A DNA stretch of 64,000 bases from Candidatus Moraniibacteriota bacterium (GTDB lineage: Bacteria > Patescibacteriota > Minisyncoccia > Moranbacterales > UBA2206). The stretch covers positions 28,350 to 92,349 of the forward strand of contig JAAXWW010000005.1 of NCBI GenBank assembly GCA_013334765.1, read 5' to 3'. Below the pieces are notes generated by a model that searched no databases, had not been told where the DNA came from, and saw nothing but the letters and a program-made list of their open reading frames with translations. Positions 9,501 to 17,470 of this stretch are shown here, piece after piece (the first letter of the stretch is position 1; the number at the start of each line of letters is the position of its first letter). The position numbers and the translations under genes are program-made.

Positions 9501-10991
9501 ATGCCTGAGAAAAGAATCACCATCGAGGACATACTCAAAAGCGTACACAAGCTCGACGCCAAAAAGGAGGCGCTCATTAGAAGCGCCTACGAAGTGGCTC
9601 TTAAGGCGCATACCGGACAAAAAAGGAAGTCCGGAGTCGAATATATCCAGCATCCCCTTCACACCGCGCTCAATCTGGCAAAGATAGGGCTGGGTTCCCA
9701 CACTATTTCCGCCGGGCTCCTGCATGACGTTCCGGAAGACACCGAAACGACCCTCGAGGAAATAGAAAAGAAATTCGGCAAAGAGATCGCAACGCTGGTT
9801 GACGGAGTGACCAAGCTCGGAAAAATAAAGCTGCGCGGAACCAAAGAGGAGCTCTATCTCGAAAACCTCAGGAAGATGTTTTTGGCTATGGCGTCTGACA
9901 TCCGCGTAGTACTCATCAAGCTCGCCGACAGGCTGCACAACATGGAGACGCTCAGCCACGTCCCGCCGGAAAAGCAGCAAAGGATCGCCATGGAAACGCT
10001 CGAGGTTTTCGCCCCGATCGCCAACCGGCTCGGGATCGGAGAGATCAAGGCCCGGCTTGAAGACCTGTCTTTCAAATACCTTGATCCGGAAAACTATGAA
10101 GAGGTTTCCAAACTCGTCAAGGAACAATACAGCCAAAGGAAGAAATATGTCGACAAGGCCATAAGCGAACTCAAGAAAGAGCTTCTTCGCGAAGGCATCG
10201 ACGTCATCGATATCTATGGCAGGACCAAACACACATATAGCCTGTTCCAGAAGCTCAAGCGCCATGACATGGATATCAATAAGATCTATGACCTGGTCGG
10301 GGTGCGTATCGTCGTTCCGGAGGTGGTCAACTGCTATGAGACGCTCGGAATCGTGCACAAGAAATACCGCCCGCTGGTCGGAAGAATCAAGGACTATATC
10401 TCCCTCCCCAAGCCTAACGGATACCAATCCATCCACACGACCATCTTCGGTCCGGAAGGAAAATTCCTGGAAGTGCAGATCCGCACCAAGAAGATGGACG
10501 ATGAAGCGGAATTCGGAATCGCTGCCCATTGGATATATTCCGAAAAGAAGCAGGCGCTCAAGGATATCTTCTTCAGGAATAAAAAGACCGTCATTCCGGA
10601 AAAGGATATCGCCTGGGTGAGACAGCTCCGGGAATGGCAGAACGAACTCGGAAAAGACGACCAGGAATTCATGGAAAGCCTCAAGATCGATTTCTTTAAG
10701 AACCACATTTTCGCCTTCACTCCCTCTGGCGACATCATCGACCTTCCCGAAGAAGCCAACACTATCGATTTCGCCTATCGGGTCCACAGCGAAGTCGGCA
10801 ACCGCGCCACCGGCGCCAAAGTCAACGGGAAAATGGTCCCGCTGGACTACAAGATCAGGAACGGCGATGTCATCGAAATCCTGACATCCCGCGACCACAA
10901 GACTCCCAGCCGCGACTGGCTCCGCTTCGTGCGCACTTCCAATGCCAAAAGTCATATCAGAAGAATGCTCAAGAAAAAAGGATTGCTCTAG
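9501..10991 (+). CDS. rsh: RelA/SpoT-homologue (p)ppGpp synthetase/hydrolase, short form (HD + synthetase + TGS)
   Basis: The HD hydrolase signature is HPLHTA...LLHDVPEDT. The synthetase motif is YGRTKHTYSLFQKLKRH...DLVGVRIVV. The TGS region is FTPSGDIIDLPEEANTIDFAYRVHSEVG. It is 496 aa with no ACT/RIS C-terminus. Confidence 0.85.
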   Translation: MPEKRITIEDILKSVHKLDAKKEALIRSAYEVALKAHTGQKRKSGVEYIQHPLHTALNLAKIGLGSHTISAGLLHDVPEDTETTLEEIEKKFGKEIATLVDGVTKLGKIKLRGTKEELYLENLRKMFLAMASDIRVVLIKLADRLHNMETLSHVPPEKQQRIAMETLEVFAPIANRLGIGEIKARLEDLSFKYLDPENYEEVSKLVKEQYSQRKKYVDKAISELKKELLREGIDVIDIYGRTKHTYSLFQKLKRHDMDINKIYDLVGVRIVVPEVVNCYETLGIVHKKYRPLVGRIKDYISLPKPNGYQSIHTTIFGPEGKFLEVQIRTKKMDDEAEFGIAAHWIYSEKKQALKDIFFRNKKTVIPEKDIAWVRQLREWQNELGKDDQEFMESLKIDFFKNHIFAFTPSGDIIDLPEEANTIDFAYRVHSEVGNRATGAKVNGKMVPLDYKIRNGDVIEILTSRDHKTPSRDWLRFVRTSNAKSHIRRMLKKKGLL

Positions 10992-11024
10992 CAATCCTTT
11001 TTTTAGAAATATCGGAAAAAATAT

Positions 11025-11957
11025 TTACGCCTGGATCCTGCTGAGGATGTTATTGAGTTCTTCCTGCGAATAATATTCCACGACTATCTTCCCGCCGCTC
11101 CCCGATTTGGAAATCTTCACTTTCGTGCTGAGCTTTTCGGAGAGCTTGTCTTCCAGCGCCTTCGTCTCCGGATCGGTATTCACTGTCCTTTTGTGAGGAT
11201 GAACCGATATCTCGCGCGTCTTGCTTTCAGTCTGCCTAACAGTCAATCCGCTTTTCAATATGATTTCGAAAAGGGCGCGCTGTTTCTCCGAGTTCGATAT
11301 GGCCAAGATCGCCTTGGCATGCCCTTCAGTGATCTTGCCTTCCATGAGAGCCTTCTGGATTTCAACCGGAAGCGTGAGCAGCCTCAGTTTGTTCGCCACC
11401 GCGCTGCGGCTCTTTCCGAGTTTCGCTGCCGCTTCTTCCTGAGTGAGATCGAATTCATCGGAAAGGCGCTGATATGACTTGGCTTCTTCGATCGGGTTCA
11501 GGTCATGGCGCTGGATGTTTTCCACGATCGCGAGCTCCAATTTTTCCTGTTCGGTGACATCGCGAACAATCACCGGAACGGCTGAAAGCCCTGCCAGCTT
11601 GGCCGCCTGGAAACGCCTTTCACCAGCGATGATCTCAAATTTTTCCCCTTTTTTAGAAACGACGATCGGCTGGATGATCCCATGATTCTTGATCGAAGCG
11701 GAAAGCTCTTTCAACTTTTCTTCATCGAAATGGAATCTTGGCTGATCCGGATTAGGCACAATTTCAGAAAGATCCATTTCCCGGATTCCGTTTCCGACAT
11801 CAAAAGATTTTGCCGAAGCTGCGCCGCGTGGAGCGTCACCGGATGGAGGAGCGAAATAGTTGAATCCTTCTTCAGGAGCTGAAATCTTTTTTTCGCTGTT
11901 GTTCTTTTGAGGAATAAGGGAAGAAAGGCCGCGCCCCAATCCATAATTCTGTGCCAT
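11025..11957 (-). CDS. parB: Chromosome partitioning protein ParB
   Basis: GLGRGLSSLIP and the ParB-N box IQPIVV...GERRFQAAKLAG are present. An HTH region follows. Confidence 0.9.
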   Translation of the reverse strand: MAQNYGLGRGLSSLIPQKNNSEKKISAPEEGFNYFAPPSGDAPRGAASAKSFDVGNGIREMDLSEIVPNPDQPRFHFDEEKLKELSASIKNHGIIQPIVVSKKGEKFEIIAGERRFQAAKLAGLSAVPVIVRDVTEQEKLELAIVENIQRHDLNPIEEAKSYQRLSDEFDLTQEEAAAKLGKSRSAVANKLRLLTLPVEIQKALMEGKITEGHAKAILAISNSEKQRALFEIILKSGLTVRQTESKTREISVHPHKRTVNTDPETKALEDKLSEKLSTKVKISKSGSGGKIVVEYYSQEELNNILSRIQA

Positions 11958-11980
11958 GATTTTTATTTTACTTTGATATT

Positions 11981-12775
11981 TTAGACCGAGAATTTTTTCT
12001 CCTGCTCTTTGTTCTCAAGGCTGATGACTTCTTTGGCCAGGCTTTTGTATGCCCTGGCGCCGCTTGAGAAGGAATCGAATCCGAGAATGGATTTCCCGAA
12101 TCCCGGCGCTTCGGCAAGACGCACCGACCTTGGAATCAGCGATTCGAAAACATGCCCCGGGAAATGGTCGCGCAATTCCTTGACCACTTGGCGTGACAGC
12201 CGGTTCCGCTTGTCATACATCGTCATGAGTGCGCCCATGATCTTGAGATTGGGCTGGAGATGCTCCTTGACCAGTCCGATGGTATTGAGAAGCTGGCTCA
12301 GCCCTTCCAGGGCGAAATATTCGGTCTGAACGGGAATGAGCACCTCGTCGCTCGCTACCAGTCCGTTGATAGTGAGAAGGCCGAGACTCGGCGGCGAATC
12401 GATGATGATATAGTCATAGTCGGTCCTTATCTCGCGAAGGACGTTATATAGCCTGAACTCACGGTTATCCATGTGGACCAGCTCCACTCCGGCTCCGGCC
12501 AGATCCTGGGAGGACGGGATGAGGTCATGCCCGAGCGTATCCGTTTTCATGATGACGTTCCTGGGATGCTCGCCGAGCACCATGGAGTGATAGAGGCTTT
12601 TCTCGACGTTCCTGATGTCTATTCCAAGCCCTGATGAAGCATTTCCTTGCGGATCAAGGTCGACAAGCAGCACGAACTTGCCTAGCGACGCCAAATACGT
12701 CGTCAGGTTGATGGCAGAGGTGGTTTTCCCCACTCCGCCCTTCTGATTGACTAATGAAATTATTTTCGCCATAAT
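11981..12775 (-). CDS. parA: Chromosome partitioning ATPase ParA/Soj
   Basis: Deviant Walker A KIISLVNQKGGVGKTTSAINL. The start is taken at MAKIISL because the longer ORF to 12853 would overlap the tRNA. Confidence 0.9.
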   Translation of the reverse strand: MMAKIISLVNQKGGVGKTTSAINLTTYLASLGKFVLLVDLDPQGNASSGLGIDIRNVEKSLYHSMVLGEHPRNVIMKTDTLGHDLIPSSQDLAGAGVELVHMDNREFRLYNVLREIRTDYDYIIIDSPPSLGLLTINGLVASDEVLIPVQTEYFALEGLSQLLNTIGLVKEHLQPNLKIMGALMTMYDKRNRLSRQVVKELRDHFPGHVFESLIPRSVRLAEAPGFGKSILGFDSFSSGARAYKSLAKEVISLENKEQEKKFSV

Positions 12776-12815
12776 GGTTAAGTGAATTATACTACATTGC
12801 AGGAGCATTACAAAA

Positions 12816-12899
12816 TGCCGCGATGGCGGAACTGGTAGACGCACGGGACTCAAAATCCCGCGATGGCAACATCATGAGAGTTCGAGTCTCTCTCGCGGT
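12816..12899 (+). tRNA. tRNA-Leu (anticodon CAA), long variable arm
   Basis: Hand-folded cloverleaf. The acceptor is GCCGCGA/TCGCGGT, the anticodon stem is CGGGA/TCCCG with loop CTCAAAA, there is a long variable arm, and the T-arm is GAGAG-TTCGAGT-CTCTC. Confidence 0.85.
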
Positions 12900-12908
12900 A
12901 CGAATATG

Positions 12909-12935
12909 AAAAACTGTCTTTCAAAGACAGTTTTT
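12909..12935. terminator. Bidirectional intrinsic terminator hairpin after tRNA-Leu
   Basis: AAAAACTGTCTTT and AAAGACAGTTTTT form perfectly complementary arms with A/T runs on both sides. Confidence 0.6.
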
Positions 12936-12976
12936 CCTTTATATAAACCCTTTTAAACATAACCATTTCTCAGTGG

Positions 12977-13005
12977 TTGACTTTTAATGATTTTTATTAT
13001 ACAAT
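12977..13005 (+). promoter_or_regulatory. Sigma-70-like promoter for the small membrane protein pair
   Basis: TTGACT, then a 17-nt spacer, then TACAAT. A GGAGGA RBS precedes the ATG at 13070. Confidence 0.45.
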
Positions 13006-13069
13006 TGTGAGTTGGCTATAGGTATCTCCTATTTTCAACGAAACAGTACCTAAACATCCAGGAGGACAT

Positions 13070-13486
13070 ATGAACACCTCGACCATTATCATCGGAGTCT
13101 TGATTGCGGCCGCTTTCGTCGGCTGGCCAATTATCGGAAGCTATTCGAAAATTTCAGGACCTTGGGTTAGCGTAATCATTTTCCTGTCAGGCACCCTGTC
13201 CGTGACCATTCTCTCCATGAAACAGCTCGAGACCTCCACTCTTAGCGCAAAAGGAGTAATCCTCCTTGCACTGGCGGGAGTTATCAATGGCATCGCAGTT
13301 TATTTTTACACAAAAAAGATCGCCGATCCAGCGATTCATACCGCATCACTGATTATTCTAGTTTCCGTGTCGATGGCGGTCCTAGCCCCTCTTTTGGATT
13401 GGATGATCAAAGGATTGACTCCCGACCTGAAGCAGATTTGCGGATTTGCTATGGCAACAGGAGCGATCTACCTGCTGAGCAAGTAG
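13070..13486 (+). CDS. Small 4-TM membrane protein, DMT-superfamily-like (ArnE/F- or SMR-like half transporter)
   Basis: 138 aa with four hydrophobic helices. It ends ...LLSK like its downstream paralogue. Confidence 0.55.
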   Translation: MNTSTIIIGVLIAAAFVGWPIIGSYSKISGPWVSVIIFLSGTLSVTILSMKQLETSTLSAKGVILLALAGVINGIAVYFYTKKIADPAIHTASLIILVSVSMAVLAPLLDWMIKGLTPDLKQICGFAMATGAIYLLSK

Positions 13487-13532
13487 GTTCTAAGTACAGA
13501 ACAACACATAGGGAACACAAAAGGAGCGCAGC

Positions 13533-13943
13533 ATGGACAACTTACAAGTCAAGGCCATTCTGGCCGGCATGTTTTTCGGAATTTGGCCGCTTTTCATGAA
13601 CAGAAGCGGACTCACTGGAAATGTTTCCTCTGTCATGTTCTGCATGGCGGTTCTGATCGGCGTTTCACCGTTTGCTATATATAGCAACGGTCTGTCGATC
13701 CCGACCGCCAATTGGACAATGGTCGCTCTCGCCGGATTCTTTGGCGCCATCGGCCTCTTATCCTTCAACAGTATGTTGTCCAATGCCACACCCCAGAATG
13801 TGGGAACACTCTTCGTGTTTATGATCGTGGTGCAGATAGTGGTGCCGGCTCTGTACCAGACAATCATGGATGGAAACATCTCAATCCGAAAAATCGGAGG
13901 ATACACCGCTGCCATAACGGCCGCATTTCTTCTGTCCAAATGA
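13533..13943 (+). CDS. Small 4-TM membrane protein, paralogue of the upstream gene
   Basis: 136 aa with four TM helices and the same ...FLLSK ending. It forms a tandem pair with 13070-13486. Confidence 0.55.
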   Translation: MDNLQVKAILAGMFFGIWPLFMNRSGLTGNVSSVMFCMAVLIGVSPFAIYSNGLSIPTANWTMVALAGFFGAIGLLSFNSMLSNATPQNVGTLFVFMIVVQIVVPALYQTIMDGNISIRKIGGYTAAITAAFLLSK

Positions 13944-13970
13944 TGAAACAAGCATCGAAATCGTACTAAT

Positions 13971-14011
13971 CCCCGCAAAGCTGCATGCAGCTTTGCGGGG
14001 ATTTTATTTTT
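13971..14011 (+). terminator. Intrinsic terminator of the membrane-protein pair
   Basis: A CCCCGCAAAGCTGCATGCAGCTTTGCGGGG hairpin is followed by ATTTTATTTTT. Confidence 0.6.
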
Positions 14012-14016
14012 CCACA

Positions 14017-14046
14017 CAAAAAACATCCCGATTGTGTCGGGATGTT
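14017..14046 (-). terminator. Intrinsic terminator of yqeY on the minus strand
   Basis: An AACATCCCGA-TTGTG-TCGGGATGTT hairpin is followed by a T-run on the minus strand. Confidence 0.5.
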
Positions 14047-14068
14047 TTCAATATCGATACGATGAAAT

Positions 14069-14512
14069 CTACTTCTTCAGTTCTTCCTCGACGATCTTCC
14101 TGACAACGGCGCCGTCGGCTTTGCCTTTCAGCTTGGCCATGGCGGCTCCCATCATCTTTCCCATGTCGGAATCTCCGGCTTCGGCAATCGTTTCCTGGAC
14201 GATTTTCCGCACTTCGTCTTCGCTGAGCTGGGAAGGCATATAGGCGCTAAGGAATTCGATCTCTTTCTTCTCTTTGTCAGCCAATTCCTCCCGTCCTCCT
14301 TCGACATATTGAGCGATCGCATCCTTTCTCTGTTTGATAGCCTTCATCACAACTTCCTGGACTTCTTCGTCGCTCAAACCCTCCTCGCGCTTTTTCTTGT
14401 CAATCTCCGTGTTCTTGACCATCGAGTCAAGCATACGCAGAGTATCGCGCTTTTCAGCGTTCCCTTCGCGCATGGCGGACTTGAGGTCTTCAAGAATTTG
14501 TTGCTTTAACAT
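14069..14512 (-). CDS. yqeY: GatB/YqeY domain protein
   Basis: MLKQQILEDLKSAMREGNAEKRDTLRML...EIEFLSAYMP matches the YqeY family signature. Confidence 0.85.
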   Translation of the reverse strand: MLKQQILEDLKSAMREGNAEKRDTLRMLDSMVKNTEIDKKKREEGLSDEEVQEVVMKAIKQRKDAIAQYVEGGREELADKEKKEIEFLSAYMPSQLSEDEVRKIVQETIAEAGDSDMGKMMGAAMAKLKGKADGAVVRKIVEEELKK

Positions 14513-14529
14513 AATATATATTGCCGCAA

Positions 14530-14787
14530 TTATTTCTTAATGAGTTTCTTCTTGGTGTTCTTGAAATTTTCTTCATCGAATTTTCCAAGTTTCTTGAGGC
14601 GTCCGACGAGCTTCCTGACTTCCGCCTTATACATGGCGCCTTCTCTCAATTGGCGTTTGCTCTTCTCTTCGGCGCGGAATCTCACGCGTCTGGCACGCAC
14701 CAAAACACCGCTCTGCTGAACGCGGCGGCTGAAACGCCTGATGAGACTTTCAGAAGTCTCTCGGTCTTTCTTTTTTACTTCGATCAT
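14530..14787 (-). CDS. rpsU: 30S ribosomal protein S21
   Basis: MIEVKKKDRETSESLIRRFSRRVQQSGVLVRARRVRFRAEEKSKRQLR fits the bS21 pattern. The start is taken at MIEV, and a strong AAGGGAGG SD lies upstream. Confidence 0.8.
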   Translation of the reverse strand: MIEVKKKDRETSESLIRRFSRRVQQSGVLVRARRVRFRAEEKSKRQLREGAMYKAEVRKLVGRLKKLGKFDEENFKNTKKKLIKK

Positions 14788-14805
14788 AAAAAACCTCCCT
14801 TCTAT

Positions 14806-14888
14806 GTCATAGAACATGGAGCATGGAACATGAAGCAAGCCTTTGAATTCCTGCTACGCGCTATATGCTCCGTGTTCCATGTTCTATG
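14806..14888. promoter_or_regulatory. Long imperfect inverted repeat in the rpsU leader
   Basis: ATAGAACATGGAGCATGGAACATG ... TGCTCCGTGTTCCATGTTCTATG would form an extended stem-loop in the 5' UTR of rpsU on the minus strand. Confidence 0.35.
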
Positions 14889-14902
14889 CTTTGTGCTTTG
14901 TG

Positions 14903-15253
14903 CTATATGACTTCCGGATGGATGTTCTCCTGGAGCTTGGCTCCTCCGATCAGATGGAGATGGATATGCGGGACTTCCTGTCCGCCCCATTCGCCTACCC
15001 GAAATAACAGTTTATACCCTTTTGGGGAAATGTCAAAATCTTCGGCTATTTTCTTGGCAGTCAGAATGAGCTTTCCTGCCAGTTCCGTGTCCTCTTCGGT
15101 CAGGTTGCTGATGCTTTCGATATGCCTTTTCGGGATGATCAGGATATGCACCGGAGCCAACGGTCTCACATCTTTGAAAGCCAGAACGTCATCATCCTCA
15201 TAGACGACTGCTGCCGGCACTTCCTTGTTGATGATTTTGCAGAATATGCACAT
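14903..15253 (-). CDS. HIT-family (HinT-like) nucleotide hydrolase
   Basis: Contains the histidine triad HIHLHLIGG. The N-terminus CIFCKI is HinT-like. Confidence 0.85.
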   Translation of the reverse strand: MCIFCKIINKEVPAAVVYEDDDVLAFKDVRPLAPVHILIIPKRHIESISNLTEEDTELAGKLILTAKKIAEDFDISPKGYKLLFRVGEWGGQEVPHIHLHLIGGAKLQENIHPEVI

Positions 15254-15267
15254 ATGATTATTTTATA

Positions 15268-16650
15268 CTATACTCCGTGCGTATCGTGTTCGCCGTTGTG
15301 ATAGACGACAACGTTGTCGGCTTTCAGCTTCCTCTTGATCATATCGAACAGCTTGTCCATGCTGACTGTCTCCTGGACGCCGGTCGTCATGTTCTTGACG
15401 ATCACTGTCCCGTCCAGCGCCTCCTTCTGTCCCAGAATGAGAGTGAATTCGACGCCCAGTTTGTTGGCGACTTTCAATTGGGATTTCAAACTTCCGCGAC
15501 CGAAGCTCTCCGCTATCAGTATACCGTTTTTTTCAAGTTCGGAAAACAGCCTGAGGCTTTTCTTCTTGGCCATGTTCCCGAGCTGCGCCAAGAAAACGCG
15601 CGGCTTCATCGGCTTATACGGCCTGGCTTGAACCCGTTTCATTTCGATTATGAGCCGCTCAATGCCTACTGCGAATCCGATGGCCGGCGTGTCCTCGCCT
15701 CCGAGATTCTTGAGCAGCTTGTCATAGCGGCCGCCGCCTCCAAGAGAGAATTTCTTTCCTTCCTCGGAACCGGACCATATTTCAAAAACTGTTTTCGTAT
15801 AATAGTCCAAGCCGCGCACCAGGTGCGGATTGATGGTATATGGCAGATCGAGCTCGTCCAGATATTCAAGCAGCGTCTTGAAGTGGACATGGCATTCCTC
15901 GCACAAGTGATCGACTGATTGCGGCGCGGTGACTGCCACCTGTACGCATTTGTCTTCTTTGCAATCCAGAATGCGAAGCGGATTGGTTTCGAGCCTCCTT
16001 TTGCAATCCTGACAGAGCTTGTTCTTCTTGGAATCGAAATAGTTCACGAGCAAGTTCAAATAGTCTTTGCGGCAAGTCGGGCACCCGATCGAATTGATCT
16101 GGATCTGAACGGCTTTGATGCCGAGGCACTGCATGAAACGGTGAGCGATCTGGATCATCTGGGCGTCCAGGATCGGGTCCTGCTCTCCGAAAGCGTCGAA
16201 ATTGGCTTGATAGTGCTCGCGATACCTTCCTTCCTGCGGCCTGTCATAGCGATAGACCGGACCGGTCGAGAAAAGCTTCACCGGCTTGCTGAGCACATTC
16301 ATACCGTGTTGGATAAAGCTTCGGCAGATGCCGGCCGTGAACTCTGGGCGAAGCGCCACTTTGTCTCCGCCGCGAGTAGTGAAGTTATACATTTCCTTGT
16401 CGATTACATCTGTCCCTTCTCCTATTGTCCTGACATAGAGATTGGAAAACTCCACTGACGGAAGATCGATCCTGGAAAATCCGTAGTCCCTGGCCAGGCG
16501 CTCCGAAACCCGCCGCACCTGTTCCCAATATGACTGCTCTTCCGGAAGGATGTCTTTCATCCCGCGAAGGGTCTGAAGGACTATCGGTTCGAGATTCTTC
16601 TTTTCAACAGGGGCTTTCTTGGAGGTTTTCTTAACAGTCTTCTTTTCCAT
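15268..16650 (-). CDS. hisS: Histidyl-tRNA synthetase with a Cys-rich insertion domain
   Basis: The class II motifs are RGMKDILPEE, ALRPEFTAGICR and GGGGRYD. The insertion is CPTC...CQDCKRRLETNPLRILDCKEDKC...CEEC. There is a Lys-rich N-terminal extension. Confidence 0.9.
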   Translation of the reverse strand: MEKKTVKKTSKKAPVEKKNLEPIVLQTLRGMKDILPEEQSYWEQVRRVSERLARDYGFSRIDLPSVEFSNLYVRTIGEGTDVIDKEMYNFTTRGGDKVALRPEFTAGICRSFIQHGMNVLSKPVKLFSTGPVYRYDRPQEGRYREHYQANFDAFGEQDPILDAQMIQIAHRFMQCLGIKAVQIQINSIGCPTCRKDYLNLLVNYFDSKKNKLCQDCKRRLETNPLRILDCKEDKCVQVAVTAPQSVDHLCEECHVHFKTLLEYLDELDLPYTINPHLVRGLDYYTKTVFEIWSGSEEGKKFSLGGGGRYDKLLKNLGGEDTPAIGFAVGIERLIIEMKRVQARPYKPMKPRVFLAQLGNMAKKKSLRLFSELEKNGILIAESFGRGSLKSQLKVANKLGVEFTLILGQKEALDGTVIVKNMTTGVQETVSMDKLFDMIKRKLKADNVVVYHNGEHDTHGV

Positions 16651-16679
16651 ATTTTTTAAGCGAATTTATCTTATAAAGA

Positions 16680-17306
16680 TTAATAGAAGTTCAATCTGTC
16701 CAGCGGCCAGGCGCGAAGAAGCACTTCGCCGATGACCAGGTTTTCCGGCACTGTTCCCCAAATCCTGGAGTCGGAACTGTATGGCCGGTTATCCCCTAGC
16801 ACGAAATATTCATTGTCCTTGAGCGTGACAACCAGATCCCCGGAGGTGTTTACTCCTTTGGGAAGATATCCGCTCTCATCCAGAACGAACCCGTCCGGAT
16901 GCTCCTTATTGAATATCGTCACATGGCCGTTCCTGATTTCCACTTTTTCCCCGGGAAGCCCGATGACTCTTTTTATGAAATATTTCGAAGGATCAAGCGG
17001 GTAGCGGAACACGACGACTCGGTCGCGATCCACCGTCTTGAAATGGTTTATGGTCAGCAAATGGGAATCGCCGATTCCGATCGACGTGTCCTTGTATCCG
17101 AATTCGTTGATAATCAGGTATTCGCCGTCTTCGAAATTGGGTTCCATGGACGCTCCTTGGACAAAAAACGGCTGAAAAAGGAACACGCGGATAGGCACGA
17201 TGACAAAAAAGGCCAAGAGGACTATCTTGACTATTTCCAGCACGAAATTGCCGACACCTATATATTCGACGTCTTGCGAGCCGTTTTCTTTCCTTGTTTG
17301 ATCCAT
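16680..17306 (-). CDS. lepB: Signal peptidase I (S26)
   Basis: GASMEPNF is the catalytic Ser box, and the Lys box and GDNRPYSSDSRIWG follow. The start could instead be the in-frame ATG at 17360. Confidence 0.85.
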   Translation of the reverse strand: MDQTRKENGSQDVEYIGVGNFVLEIVKIVLLAFFVIVPIRVFLFQPFFVQGASMEPNFEDGEYLIINEFGYKDTSIGIGDSHLLTINHFKTVDRDRVVVFRYPLDPSKYFIKRVIGLPGEKVEIRNGHVTIFNKEHPDGFVLDESGYLPKGVNTSGDLVVTLKDNEYFVLGDNRPYSSDSRIWGTVPENLVIGEVLLRAWPLDRLNFY

Positions 17307-17470
17307 GATATTTGCCTTATAGCACCCCCTAAGAATAACAGGAATCCGCCGCTTTGACAATAGCTTATTTTGCCTCTAGAAAGCCAAAGTTTGACGCCCA
17401 AGAGCTACATGGTCTATTATGAGCACAGGTATCATTCCTCAAAAAAACATATTTCATAAAAAATAGCAAC

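Noticed and set aside
9372-10994. 540-aa minus-strand ORF in the supplied track
   Set aside because: It is exactly antisense to the well-supported RelA/SpoT gene (9501-10991, plus strand). Its translation is low-complexity and D/V/F-rich with no motifs, a classic shadow ORF. The same reasoning rejects 15277-15918 (plus, antisense to hisS), 41587-42432 (plus, antisense to holB), 43675-44289 (plus, antisense to xer), 60049-60735 (plus, antisense to the membrane protein) and 3466-4488 (plus, antisense to the N-domain gene).
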